Positions 27,281 to 40,654 of a stretch of DNA of 64,000 bases are shown here, piece by piece. The notes under the pieces are model-generated. The model was given only the letters and a program-made list of their open reading frames with translations. It did no database searches and had not been told where the DNA came from. Position 1 is the first letter of the stretch. Every line of letters starts with the position of its first letter. Source of the DNA: Eledone cirrhosa (Eukaryota); NCBI GenBank assembly GCA_964016885.1, contig OZ024740.1, positions 162,564,001-162,628,000 on the forward strand, read 5' to 3'. A program made the position numbers and the translations under genes.

Positions 27281-27994
27281 TTGAACAATAAATCCGCTAC
27301 ATAGTTGTTTGAATGCTATATATATTTTTCAATTCACACGCAACCGTCTGAAAAATATGTAAGGACACGTTGAATAATGTAATCCTAGATAAAGTATACG
27401 TGAAAAGATGTATTTGGGGAAAAATAAAAAAAAGTAGTCTGCTTGATCCCGATTGATGTGATAACTGATACATATTTTATCGATCCTTAGTATTAACTGA
27501 GTTTAGAAAGTGAAACAGAGAAATTAACTACTGTAGAGTATTTAGTTCGGCACTCTTTCCTTTTTACTAAATAACTCTTAATCTGAAAAGAAAAAGAAAA
27601 TTTATTTTCGTTGAAATACATTACGTATTCTATGTCTTGCAGTAAACGCCATTTAATTCCACACTGTATTTACAAGACAAATGTTATACACACTTATCAT
27701 TGTCATTTATCATTTTTGAATGAAAAATAAAATATTATCTAACAAAAGAATCAATTGTCTTTATAATAAAAGCAATTTTAGAAGTTAGAAAATGTTAACA
27801 TATATATCTTCATGGTGATAAAATCAAAATGAAGTTTGTGCTTTAAACACATTAAAAGTAGACTATATTCGCAAAAATATTATCGGCCAATATTTAATAA
27901 CTGCAAAACACCAGTTTATATTTAAAAAAGAAAAAAAACTGGAAAAGTGATTTAGTCAAATCTTTCAGTTAACTGCGACAAAAAAAAACAAGGG

Positions 27995-28100
<106 letters not shown>

Positions 28101-28342
28101 GAAACTCGAACTCTCGAAGCGCTGAAGAAATGAATTTATAGAAAATGTAGGATGCTCATGCGCAGAAAATAGCTACAAGTACAGTCAGTGGATATAAAAT
28201 AGCTTATAAAAGTAGAGACGGAAAGGATGTTGCTATCTTTTTCCGTCTCTAAGGGTCTACACCAGATTTTTAAAAGCTTTTTAAAGCAACTGACTGTAGT
28301 TGCAGTTATTTTCTGCGCTTGACCATCGTACATCTTTTATAA

Positions 28343-28415
<73 letters not shown>

Positions 28416-28485
28416 CCCTTGTTTGAAACAAGATGGCGTAGGACAGAACAAAGGAGAGGCACAAAAACAAAGAAAAGAATCCCCA

Positions 28486-28528
28486 GTCACTGAAGAGGTC
28501 ACAGAATGTGTGACGAAAGAACTTTGAC
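28486..28528 (+). ncRNA. Minimal type I hammerhead motif
   Basis: gtca-CTGAAGA-g-gtcaca(gaatg)tgtgac-GAAAG-aa-CTT-tgac. Stem I is gtca/tgac. The motif lies just after a (TA)n tract. Confidence 0.7.
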
Positions 28529-29507
28529 AATATATAAACAACCATCTGGTTGTGGAACCAACCAACCAACCGGAAATTTATAAATTTAGGAATTTATAAA
28601 TTTATTATAATAAATTGAAGTGAAAGCAACTAGTGCGTGTGTTTCTTATTGGCAACATGACCCTCCCAAAGTATAACAATATCGGTTTCAACACACGTTT
28701 TCAGATAAAGAATCTTGCTAAACAAATTCAGAAACGAAATATATATATATATATATATATATGTGGACGGGGGTCTATATGTGTGTGTGTATTTGTGTGT
28801 GTGTATTTATGTGCGTGTGTGTGTGTGTTTTACTATTTATGACACCTATAAATTATCATTTGTTCGATAACCTTTTTTTTATAAATACTACATTCATATT
28901 TAGATGATACATCGCGAAAGTAAAAGTATGTCATTGCATTCATTCATATCAAGTACCTACTATAGAAGACAGCTTCAGATTTGATGAGACTGCAACTACC
29001 TTATCTTGTTAATGTCCAAAGTAAACAAACACGTTCAATCTTTTTTCGCCTTCCCCTAAAAATCGAAGCTTTCTTCCGTATAATTCCTGAGAAAAATCAC
29101 TAAATTTATAGAAATGGATATGCTTTAAGAAAGATATCTATAAGTATTTACCCAGAGAAAATTGCTAGATAATATGAAATACATTTTGAATATTCATATC
29201 CAAAAAATACCCCTAGTTTATTTTTACCAGGAACATTCCTTACTTACGCAGAGGATATGTATCAGCTGTGGTACACACAAGGCCTTGAAGAGAAATTTTG
29301 CAAAGCGGTACAAGACCCCTTTGGGTCTCGAAGCAGGCAACATTTTTCTCAAAATGGATGTTGCATGGTTGCTGTGGTGCCTTCTTAGCTCTTGGGCACC
29401 GGAACAAAGTACTGACTGGACCCCATCTCTTGGTCCCTGGGTATACAAGCTGTCCATTGCAAAGTTGGTAATAAGCCCTGGCTATTTGTTAAATGTAAAC
29501 CCCAAAG

Positions 29508-29645
29508 GTGGTAATATGCCCAGGCTCGATGTAAAATGTATCCCCTCCCCCATTACCAAAGCTGGTAATATGCCCAGGCTCGATGTAAAATGTACCCCCT
29601 CCCCCCATTACCAAAGCTGGTAATAGGCCCAAGCCAGATGTGTAA
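29508..29645 (+). repeat. ~57 bp minisatellite, about 2.4 copies
   Basis: tggtaatatgcccaggctcgatgtaaaatgta.cccctcccccattaccaaagc repeated. Confidence 0.9.
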
Positions 29646-30834
29646 TCTACCTATTAAGTAATCTGTGATAAATACATATGATTTATCGAATAGTTACAAA
29701 TATATAAATACATATATGGTGTATGTACATAGAAATTAAAGAACAGAATATAAAATATCTGAAGGAAGTCGGCCTTCTCAAAATCGTAGACTCTGGTCAA
29801 CTGGTCTACCTATCACCATCCTTTGTTTTAATATGTTTACAAGTAAGCATCTTCAGCCCTTGGAATTTAAAGATTTTTCAAGTATGTGATTTGAACATTT
29901 TAATCAATTTTGATCACCAACCATAGTTTGTAAATATTTTGAAAATTGTATTTTTTGTTACGATATGTATCTTAAGAATCGGTGAAACATCAAGAGACTA
30001 ACAATGTATTTGGATGTTTAACTATAAGAAATAAGGAAGCAAATGCATACTGCTTTAAATATGTCTGTGATATTTGCTAAAAGTATAAACAATTATTAAA
30101 ATCACAAACGCACTGTAGGATTATTGCAGCAAAGCAAAAATACTGTATATAGCAATTTCTGAGATATCAGGTAACAGGAATATATAAGTTAATGACATGA
30201 GATAGGCACAATTTCTTTATGTGAACTAGGTAATATATTACAATGAACGGATAGAGTAACTATACTGTATTTCTTAACGAAAGCCACACGAAAGTCACAT
30301 GAGAACCACACGATGGTCACACGAAAGCCACGTGAATGTACATTTTTGGTTTATTAGTATGCATTACGAAGTCGGCTATACGCATTATTTCAAGAAACAC
30401 AGGCATTTGCAGATAATTTAAGGAGATTTGACTAACACGAGGGGTAGACATTTGAAACTAGTTCCAACAGTTTTACTATTCCATCAAGAACCAGGTAGAA
30501 GAGACAGAGAAAGGCATCTAGATGTTTCTGGCTAAAAAGAGGTGATCAGTCAGGTCGGTAGAATCCCACTTAGACACAGACGCTTGATCAATCTCCGTTG
30601 GGTCATCTGGTTGTGGGTGTATGTTGTCAGACCTATAACACTCAGTAGCTCCAGGATGACGTGTCAAAAATGTGCATCCGTAGATGTATGGAGAACTGAA
30701 ACAAACACAATTATCTATTAATTTGAATAAGTCTCAACATAGCTGATACAAAAGCATAACTGATAGAACAAGTATCGGCTACCGTATCCTCAGTCAAAAC
30801 CTCATAATTCATGTTTTCTTCCTAAGCATGAAAA

Positions 30835-31184
30835 AACAAGGTGCCTCACAGGTCTCACGTACGATTTCATTTTAAAGTATTCTGTCACCGCTCTTTCGAC
30901 TGTCATAGCTGAAACTCCTCCCTCACGTGCCAAACGTCTTATGGGTTGAGTTGGATCTCTTCGTATTGATCTTTCAACTCCAAATTGAAATGATGATCCA
31001 TCTTTCGATTACGACCTCCTGATCTAGTTTTCTTCTCCACTATTCTCTCTTTCTCAAACTTATTCAGAATTCTCTTGATGGTTCTTGAATGGACTTTGAT
31101 TATAGAAGCCAGGGAATGAATGTTGGTACCATTACTGAAGGCCTGGATGATCTTCACCCGCTCAACATTGCTCAGCTGGGAGGA
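30835..31184 (-). pseudogene. Tc1/mariner-superfamily transposase N-terminal double HTH remnant
   Basis: MSSQLSNVERVKIIQAFSNG...IIKVHSRTIKRILNKF..TRSGGRNRK, then after a frameshift RRLAREGGVSAMTVERAVTEYFKMKSY. No DDD/E domain seen. Confidence 0.75.
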
Positions 31185-31377
31185 CATATTGAGGGTGGCA
31201 CAAAACGATTTCAGTCTGTTTTTCTTTCTAGCTAAATATCTTAATAGGTATTTCACTGATTCTCAGTATGGCCAGACGTCTTATCTGGAAACATGGAAAA
31301 TTGTAAATCGATTAGTTTATTGAATATAAGAAGTTTTAAGAATTTGTGATCTTGACATACTGAGAATCAGTGAAATA

Positions 31378-31410
<33 letters not shown>

Positions 31411-31491
31411 TCGACCGACTTTCGTCAAATCAGACCGAGAAAACAATGTTTCCGTTGGTCTTTCAAATTGCTCATACTATCTATCGGTCGC

Positions 31492-31625
31492 AACTCCAGG
31501 TAAAAGGAGCAACGTGAAATAAAGTGTCTTGCTCAAGGACATAACGCATCGCCCGGTCCAGGAATCGAACTTACAACCTCACGATTATGAATCCAATTCT
31601 CTTACCACTCAGCCACGCGCCTTCA
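31492..31625 (-). mobile_element. tRNA-derived SINE (second family)
   Basis: Minus strand has A-box tggctgagtgg and B-box gttcgattcc, followed by tgtccttgagcaagacacttt. Confidence 0.75.
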
Positions 31626-33223
31626 CTGTGTATATATATACACTTATATATGTGTGTGTATGTATTTGTGTATGCATGTGTGTGTGTACACTATTGATAC
31701 TTTTGATACATAGAGTAAATTGACCAGTAATCAAAGTGAACTCACAACGCAAAGGTCCGCAAGAGATACTACAATTCATCACGGCCAATATTTTAACAAT
31801 TATGCCTGTCCTCTGCGAAGAACTGGTATTTTATTCATCGAACAGAAAGAATTAGTGGAAAAGATTTCCTTGATCGAGTTTCAATTCAGACCGCTGATAG
31901 CTCAAGTAAATACCGTGAGGCATTTAATCCAATGCTACAATTACTCTGTCAATATGTCTGAGGCTAACCAACAACATATCAAACGAAAAAATATAATTTT
32001 TTTCTTCTTGTTTCTGCTGTGTTATTGGTGTGGAGAAAGGAAGAGAAATTCGTTAAATGTTTGGATGGTAGGTCAGTCGATCGGCCGGTCGGCCGGTCGG
32101 TGGGTCGGTTTGTCAGTCGCGCCTCGGGCTTTAGCTGTGATTCTCATAGTTTTCAGTCATTCACATGTCAACAGTGTCAGCAGAGATCGGGTCATCTTTA
32201 AAACATCTTTTTAATCCATGGAGCTGACCTTCTAAACTATATTGACCTTATCTGCCGTAACCTTATATACTATTTGCAATTGAATTCAGAATAGACGGAA
32301 AGCACACACCGTCCTCACACCCACCCTTAATTTTCAGTTATAGTAGCAGCGTTGTTATTTATTTATTTTACAATTTAGTTAGATAAGAAAGGGTGCCTCC
32401 AGAACTTGTAGGAGAGAGGAAGATATCTTTAAGCCAGAAACCTGGCCCGAATGTTAGCTATATATTAGACTCCTCTGCTAAAGGTACCCAAGGGCATTTG
32501 GAGTGCTAAATCGAGTGGCAGATTGCATTGACCACTCAAATAGGCTACAGTGGGATTTGAACTCTGAGAGCAAAGAACTTGTACAAATACCGCAAGGCAT
32601 CTCATTCGACCCTTTAATGACTCCGCCAATCCACCAACTCTGGACCGGTACTTTATTTTAACGTCCACGAAATAATGAAAGGAAAAGATAATTTAGGTGG
32701 GATTTGAACTCGGAACGCAGAATACCTAAACAAATGTCGCAAGATATTTTGTTCTATGCTCTAACAATTCTGTCAATTCTCCACCCTGTTTCCGTTAGAT
32801 AATTCTAGTTTATTAAATCAAAGTCGACATTCTGGTACATTTACTTGGTGAAGGTAGAGGTGTAGAGAGATGAGTGTGTGAGAGTTAATGTTAGAATTTA
32901 AATTAGAGTTAAGGTATGCCTAATTGTGTGTGTCGAACTATATATTTATCCTCACATACAGATAATGAAGGAGACTGAAGAATGAACTCTATAGATAATG
33001 AACACAACCACAAGGATATGGTCCGAACCTGGAAGAGCCGAACTCCCCCTGTCATCGCCTCCATCTCTCTCGCCCTCCCCATCTCTCTGTATGGTGATAC
33101 TTCATCAAGTAAGACGACGTCTATTTTGCGCTGAGGACATATTAAGGCCGAAACAATGAAAATAGTTGCCAATTTGTTTTTTCTTCACTGCATAATAATT
33201 GATAGTTAGCTCTTTATTGCTTG

Positions 33224-33257
<34 letters not shown>

Positions 33258-33748
33258 ATCTATCTATCTATCTATCTATCTCTTCATCTCTTTCTCCCCC
33301 CTCTCTCTCTCATTATATATATGTGTGTGTATGTGTGTATGTGTATATGTGTATGTGTATGTGTGTGTGTATGTGTGCTGTCTGTGTGTGTAAGCGTGTA
33401 CGTAAGTGTGTGTGTGTTGTTTCAAACGGAAATAATTTATAAAATACTAATAATATATTTCATTAAGATGGTCACCCATATTTGCGTGTATGACTACATA
33501 AATGGCTAAGAAGTTTTCTTCGTAATCACAGGATCTCAGGTTCGATCCTACCGTTTAAAGCTTCATAAATAAAAACGGGTAAACAGAAATGGTCCGAACG
33601 TTCGTCTGGTGGATTATACCAGCTAGTCAAAAAACCGGCCTTGTCAAAGATGTCCAAACACCAATTTTGCTTTTACTCGTTCTTTTTTTTCTGTCCAGTT
33701 AGGTCAACTGTTATAAAAAATAATCACACTCTCAACAAATGTGGAAAG

Positions 33749-33818
<70 letters not shown>

Positions 33819-33826
33819 TGTATATA

Positions 33827-34092
33827 CAGGGTGGACCAAAATTCACTTCTTATATATTTTTTATTAATAAAACATTACAAATTAACTCAAAGCTAATTTT
33901 TTAAAACTTTAAATTAAATTTCATAATTAGATCTTGATTTTATTCAACTTTAATCTGAAAGAAAAAAAATATAATATTTTAATAATTGTTTCTACTTTTG
34001 GCACAAGGCCAGCAATTATTCCAGTGTATTACTGATATAATAAAAAACATTATGAGTTTTTAAAAATAGAAAGTGACTTTTGGCCCACCCTA
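33827..34092. mobile_element. ~265 bp Tc1/mariner-type MITE
   Basis: TIRs cagggtggaccaaaattcactt / aagtgacttttggcccacccta in a TA context. A SINE fragment is nested at ~33985-34035. Confidence 0.7.
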
Positions 34093-34248
34093 TATGTATA
34101 TATATATATATCCGTATGTGGTTGACGGCTGAGAGAAAAGAATACTCAATACCGAAATAGAGTTTAAATATTCATTTTATTAAAGCTAAATAGTGAGTCC
34201 CCGTTACTCAGACACAGTATAAACATATATAAGGGGAGTCTGCAATTA

Positions 34249-34933
34249 AAAGGTCACGTAAAAAATGTCGTTAGGAAGGAGTGAATACGAAATTATGTAG
34301 ATATCTCTACACGAAACCCCTCTAATGGTAGTAGGGTTAGTGGTTTGGTTGTGTAGACGAGTACATGTGTAAATGTCGCTTCTCCTTGTTAGGAACAACC
34401 ATATTCATGTATTAGAAAGAGATTTCTTTATATATTTATTTCGCTTTTGCAATTAGCTTTCATCTTTTATATTCTTTCTTTCTTTTTTTGTCCTTTTTTT
34501 TTCTTCTTCTTCATATCATCCTTCACTGCCCCCCCCCCCCCACACACACACACAAATATCCATCATCATTACCATCATGACCACGGCCATGATCACTTGC
34601 CCCCCCCCCTCTCTCAATACTACCACGATCTCTTTATCTATCTATCCAGTCTCTAAGATCTCACGTATGACCCAACCAACTGGACTGTTATTTTCTCTCC
34701 CTCTCTCGCCCCTACCTCCTTCTATTTTATTAAAGGATATCGGTTATGTTTATTTATTTATTTATTTATTTTTGTTATTATTGTTGTTATTATTGTAATT
34801 ATTATTATTGTTATTATTTAATATTTCTTAGTTATTTCTATTGTATTGTATCATTTCTTTATCCCCTTATGTCATCGGTGAAATGGGAGTGGAAGTGCTG
34901 GTAGTGTGGTGGAGTCTATCACAACAACAACTG

Positions 34934-34967
<34 letters not shown>

Positions 34968-35177
34968 GTCATCATCATCATCATAGTCGTCGTCGTCGTC
35001 ATCATCAGCTGCTGCTGCAGTAATAACAACAACAAACAGCAACACAAACAACCAGCTGATGACACAGCATTAGATCAAGGAATAAAGCATTAGTTAACAA
35101 TGATGTCTGCAAGGTATCTATTCCTCAATTCAGACGTGCGTGCAGACTTTACAGCTAAACGCACGCACGCATACACG

Positions 35178-35275
<98 letters not shown>

Positions 35276-35619
35276 TACGTGCGCGCGCATACACACCTAC
35301 ATACACACGCGCGCAAACACACAGACATACGTTCATAAACAGGCACATAAATATTTACACACGCACTCTCAAAAAGACACACGCAAATATATTAGTTATA
35401 TATTGAAAAATAAAAATGGCAGACAGAAAAACAGGCATATAGACCGACAGACAGACACAGACAATCAGAAAACCAGATACACAGGCAATTAGACATAGAG
35501 ATAGACATACAGTTAGACACCTGGATAGATGGATATATAGAAGTGAAAGAGAAAAGAAAAAAGAAAGGAAAAAGAAATAAAAGCTATATTTTCTTGCCTT
35601 TTCTATATATTCGTGTATG

Positions 35620-35676
<57 letters not shown>

Positions 35677-36131
35677 TATCATTTTCTTTTTACTTTTATA
35701 TATATATATATAAATATATAGTAATAACAACAATAATAATATATATATATATTCATTGAATTAAGTCTAAATAGTGAATTTTGTTACTCTGTAGTTTCGC
35801 CTGTTTATCACAGGGTCATCTGATGGATATGTGTGTGGGGGGGGGGGGACACAGTGAAGGATGATATGAAGAAGAAGAAAAAAAACGGACAAAAAAAGAA
35901 AGAAAGAATATAAAAGATGAAAGCTAATTGCAAAAGCGAAATAAATATATAAAGAAATCTCTTTCTAATATATGAATATGGTTGCTCCTAGCAAGGAGAA
36001 GCGACATTTACACATGTACTCGTCTACACAACCAAACCACTAACCCTACTACCATTAGAGGGGTTTCGTGTAGAGATCTCTACATAATTTCGTATTCACT
36101 CCTTCCTAACGACATTTTTTACGTGACCTTT
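34249..36131. repeat. ~300 bp inverted repeat pair enclosing ~1.3 kb
   Basis: ~34249-34548 is the reverse complement of ~35830-36131 with few mismatches. Confidence 0.9.
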
Positions 36132-36230
36132 TGAGTGACGAAATGTTAGGTCAATGGCCACAAATAAGTGCACACACACACACGCACACACACACACTCA
36201 CAGACATATATATATATATATATATTCATT

Positions 36231-36263
<33 letters not shown>

Positions 36264-36437
36264 ATACATACATATTTATAAATCTAACATACACACTGGT
36301 TTTTCTTCACCCCAAGCGGATGTTTCGCTCTTTACTAAATATACACACACATAAACGTGTAAATACATACACGCACATGTGTATGCTTGTATATGTATAT
36401 ATACATATAGATAGATATATAAATAAATATATATTTA

Positions 36438-36477
<40 letters not shown>

Positions 36478-36486
36478 TTTTTTTTA

Positions 36487-36982
36487 GTTTTTTCGGAATG
36501 TTTTGACTGCTGTTTCTTGTAAACGTCATTCTGACGTCACCAGCCATGTCTCTCCATGTGTGTTTATTTTCATAATTCCGCACGAGGTGAACTAGCCTGC
36601 TTTTAAATTCCCTTTCTGGCATATTTTGGCAGTGAGGTTATCGTGTCGAGCTCTACTGATGAACGATTCCAACCGTGACTAATCCCACTGAAAGGTTTCG
36701 TGAAATAGTATTTTTAAGACTATATAGAGCATTTGTAGTTTTTCCAAATTGAAGTATGAGTATTTAAACTTTATTTTATTCTGGGTTAAGACTCTATTGG
36801 TTTTTTCCCTGGATTTCACAAAATCTGTGGATAAAATCTCTGTCTTGATTTTTTTTAAATTGAGTTTGAATTATTTTCCCATATCTTACGTTAAATATTT
36901 TCCATTTTGACGTTATAGTCACTTATATATTATGAAATACTGTTGGCTTCTTGCTCACATTAACTTCTCTATTTTCATTTAT
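36487..36982 (+). mobile_element. Dispersed, inverted, diverged copy of block A of the 1.4 kb tandem
   Basis: Reverse complement of ~1393-1905 with scattered substitutions and small indels, flanked by T and TA runs. Confidence 0.92.
36650..36730 (+). ncRNA. Type I hammerhead ribozyme (block A family)
   Basis: gctcta-CTGATGA-acga...tcgt-GAAA-tagt...acta-TA-tagagc. Core, stem I and the stem II base are retained despite divergence. Confidence 0.8.
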
Positions 36983-37251
36983 ATATATATTTCTATATAT
37001 ATATACACACACAAGCATACACACACATAGTAAGATCTTCTTAGTGTGGAGGGTTTATTTAGTGTTAATCGAAGACAATCGCTGGCATTCGAGATGACAA
37101 AGGGGTGGTCTCTGATGGTATGAATCATTTTGATAGAAATGTCTTTCACATTTTTTCTGTTCTTACCTTTCTTCTCATTCTTATTCTCTACTGTGATGAA
37201 GGTCACAGCCCGTTTTATATTCTTTTCTAGACACGATAGCATAGTATCCTG

Positions 37252-37322
<71 letters not shown>

Positions 37323-37796
37323 TATGTACATATATATACTGCACTGTACTGTGTTGTCGAGTGATTGGGTTGTGGATTCGTAGTAGGTGTAAGTATGTAT
37401 GAGATTTGGGAAGAGAGGAGAAACAGAGAGAGAGATTGACATGAGAAGAGATAGAGAGAGGGGGTGGGCGTGAAAATTGAATAAAAAATAATGAGACACT
37501 GGGCGCAGGAGAAAGAGTGTTGACCATGGAATGGGAATGTGAGATAGTTAGATATAAAAAGAGAATGAAAAGGTTTTGTCGGTACGAAAAGGAGGGAATT
37601 GCAATGCTGTGATATTACTGCAGTATAAATCAATATATTTACCTAGTTACAATTAATTCATACTGGGTTGGCACATGCCTATAAGTTTATTCTGTAACAT
37701 AAACAACTATGAATGCCTTATATATAGAAATCATTGTTCTTAATCTAGCAAAACCCTTTATAATAGTGGTTATATATAAAATTCTACCGTGGACAT

Positions 37797-39075
37797 TTAA
37801 AAGAAGAATATTTGGTCGACTGTGCTGCATCCGGGGCGAAAACGGCACTGTTCATCTGCTAGCTTGGACTTGACAATCTCCCTGTATAGCTTTGCCAGAC
37901 ACTTAGCATAGTCTTTAACGGGAGGCTTAAGAAGGAGATCCCTCAGTAATTGGAACAATATCCCTTGTCTCCCTTTTTGAAAATTGGGATTATCACTCCC
38001 GATTTCCATTGCTTTGGTGCCTTTCCGAGCCACCCGGCACACGCGAGTCAGCCAGAGAATACCTCGCTATTTGAGGCTTTCAATATTCCGGACCGGATTC
38101 CATGTTCCCCAGTGACCTTGCCAGATTTGAGCTCTTTAATAGCTCTTGTGAACTCTGCTCTGAGAGATTAGGCACCACTCCCAGATACACCTCGTGTTTA
38201 GGAAATCAGCAAAGTATTCTCTGCAACTCGCGAGAATGCACCTCTCTGAAGAGAGGAGATACCCAGACGCGTTCTTGATAGCAGATGTGGAGGAGGGCTT
38301 CTTATTATAAAGTCGGCGGATGGTCTGGCAGAACACTTTATTTGCTGATTTGAAGTTGGATTCCAGCGTAACCCCAAAGTCCTCGAATGTCTTAATTGTT
38401 GGCGTTTTTACTGTCTCTGCTGCGATATTTTATGCCTGTTTGTACCGCAAGTGCAAAAATGAGGACTTATTTCCAAGCCAAGCTTCGTAAGCCTCCTTCT
38501 TTGCTTGGATGGCATTTTTGACCACATGATTGAACCAAGGGGTCTTCCTGCCATCCCGCGCCACACCAAGCCTCTCTTTCCCTCAGCATTTATCAACTGA
38601 AGCTGAAGAGATAATAACAAAATCAATTATTGATCTCTGTGCCTGATTCTCCTTATACCATGCATATTTAAGGATGTCTCTGTGCTGGAAGGTGTTTATA
38701 ATAGAGAGTCCATTGCTAGATCAGAAGTCTTGTAAAGCCTCTCCATTCGTATTTAGATCGGTGTCGCTATTCCTTCCAATTACACCTTTCCTTGTCAGGC
38801 CGTCAGTGCCAACTTGTGCATTGAAGTCTGCCACCAGGATATATGACCCAGTCTTAACTACATCTAATGCTGCAGTGACTACATCAAGGAAAGACCTGTA
38901 TTCAAACACATTGTTTGGGGCATAAATTTGCACCACCCACAGAGACCTATCTTTCAGCCTAAGCTTAAAGAGGCAAATCCGGGGGCGTGTGAGTATCCTC
39001 ACTCCCACCTGTGCAGTCAATTCTGACGCCACACCTGAATAGTGGAGTTTGCACTCTCCATCCAAATCTACAGTA
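37797..39075 (-). pseudogene. RTE-type LINE: APE endonuclease through early RT, inverted segment
   Basis: LWVVQIYAPN, ILVADFNAQVG, GVIGRNSDTDLNTNGEALQDF, FCQTIRRL and EQCRFRPGCSTVDQIF. Confidence 0.9.
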
Positions 39076-39089
39076 AAAGAGGCACTGAA

Positions 39090-39500
39090 TTGTCTTGGTA
39101 AAACCCCGTGAGAGTATTGCCAAGAGGTATATTCTTGTTTTGTTGACCTTAAAAAGGCATATGACCGCGTTCCTCTGGACCTGCTGTAGAAGGTTCTACA
39201 GGAATATGGGATCGCCGATCACCTTCTGGCTACCCTGATATCTCTATACGAATGGCCGAGTATTTGTGTTCGAATAACTAGTGCTAAATTGAAACCATTC
39301 AATGTGGGAGTCGGATTCTGTCAAGCGTGCGTACTGTCACCTCTCCTGTGACATGTGCATTCGAGTGGGAAATGGTACCATGAAAAGCGTGTGTAAAATC
39401 AGTCGACTGGAATTTGCAGACATGTTGTTACTTAACTCGACAGAAGGCGGTCTCCGATTTGCACTCGATAGGTTTGATGCCAGGCGGAAATGGCGTTCCT
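39090..39500 (+). pseudogene. RTE-type LINE RT motifs A-C
   Basis: EYCQEVYSCFVDLKKAYDRVP, FNVGVGFCQACVLSPLL and LEFADML...GLRFALDRF. Confidence 0.88.
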
Positions 39501-39563
39501 CCTAGGTTAATTAGTAATGGTAGCAGCGGCAACATGAGTAATGATAATTGCGTATCATAAGTC

Positions 39564-39690
39564 CCCGGACTAATGTTAGTTTCTGCACCACGGGCCAGAT
39601 GAAACAATCACAGCTGCACATACAATTCACATTGGTTATGTATTTTATTAATACATTACATATCTTATTCCATAATGCTTCATCAGTGGG
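39564..39690 (-). ncRNA. Type I hammerhead motif with a large stem II loop
   Basis: Minus strand: ccca-CTGATGA-a-gcattatgg...ccgtggtgc-a-GAAAC-taacatta-GTC-cggg. Stem II is 9 bp with G-U pairs, and stem I has one mismatch. Confidence 0.6.
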
Positions 39691-40654
39691 TAGAAAGTAG
39701 ATCCGAACAACGGAGAGCTAAATTCCAATCCTGTGTTATTTTAAATCTCACGAATCTTCGCTTAGTCCAGACGAGATGTTAGAGAAGGAGGTAAAGAATG
39801 AGATACATGGCCATTATGAAAAAGGTTAAGAGAAACCTGTAAATTTGTAAATAGAAAATTAGGGAGTGAAAGAGCGAGAGAGATAGATAGATAGAGAAAT
39901 ATATATATATGGGTGGTGGAATAAATACAAAAACAAAGATAGAAAATAAGTATAGAAATAGTTTTCTTGCGTGTGAGTGTGTGTGTGTGCGTGTGTTTGT
40001 ATGTGTGTGCGTGTGCATTCTATATATTATACGTATATCATTAGTCTTATCATATTTATATCTTTTTCCTAAGTTTGGTCAGTTCTGTTACTACTATCAC
40101 TTGTTTCGTAACTTTAGTATCTTAACTAGCGCCCATTCAGTGTCGTTGCGAAGGTTACTTGGTGTAGTGATGTAAATTTAATACGAAATCCTACACAGCA
40201 GATTGCATCGGGACAAGCAGCGTGAGTAGTGCGTGTAAGAAAAAAAATATGGGGACTTCCGCTGGCATCCTCTTGATTAGGAAACATGTCATGTCCGATA
40301 AAAGCAAGAATGTCGTTCTGCTGTATATGTAGCATGCGTAATCTGAAAGCCAAAACCTCTGAATACTGAATTTGTTTTAATACCATGTTTATAGTTTAGC
40401 GGTATATTATTTCGTTCGTAATATAAGGGTATGTGAATTAGTGTCATGATAAGATTGTAATACGAAGAGAAATAATTTTTCTCTGTAGAAGCCCTATCTG
40501 ACCCAAGATGTTCACCTAGACCAGAAGTTCTCAAACTCCCCACCCCACGCTTACGTAATACCCTCAACACCCTCACCCCTATTTCCAGAGAAACCTGCCT
40601 ACACGCAATTTGTAAATAATATATAAATGAAGTCGTTAATTTATATATAATAAA

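Noticed and set aside
29162-29623. 153 aa ORF (CISCG motif, internal repeat)
   Set aside because: The C-terminal repeat is a DNA minisatellite, and the N-terminal resemblance to a transposase zinc ribbon is too weak to call.
33128-33160. CTGAGGA...GAAAC
   Set aside because: Stem II and the cleavage triplet are missing.
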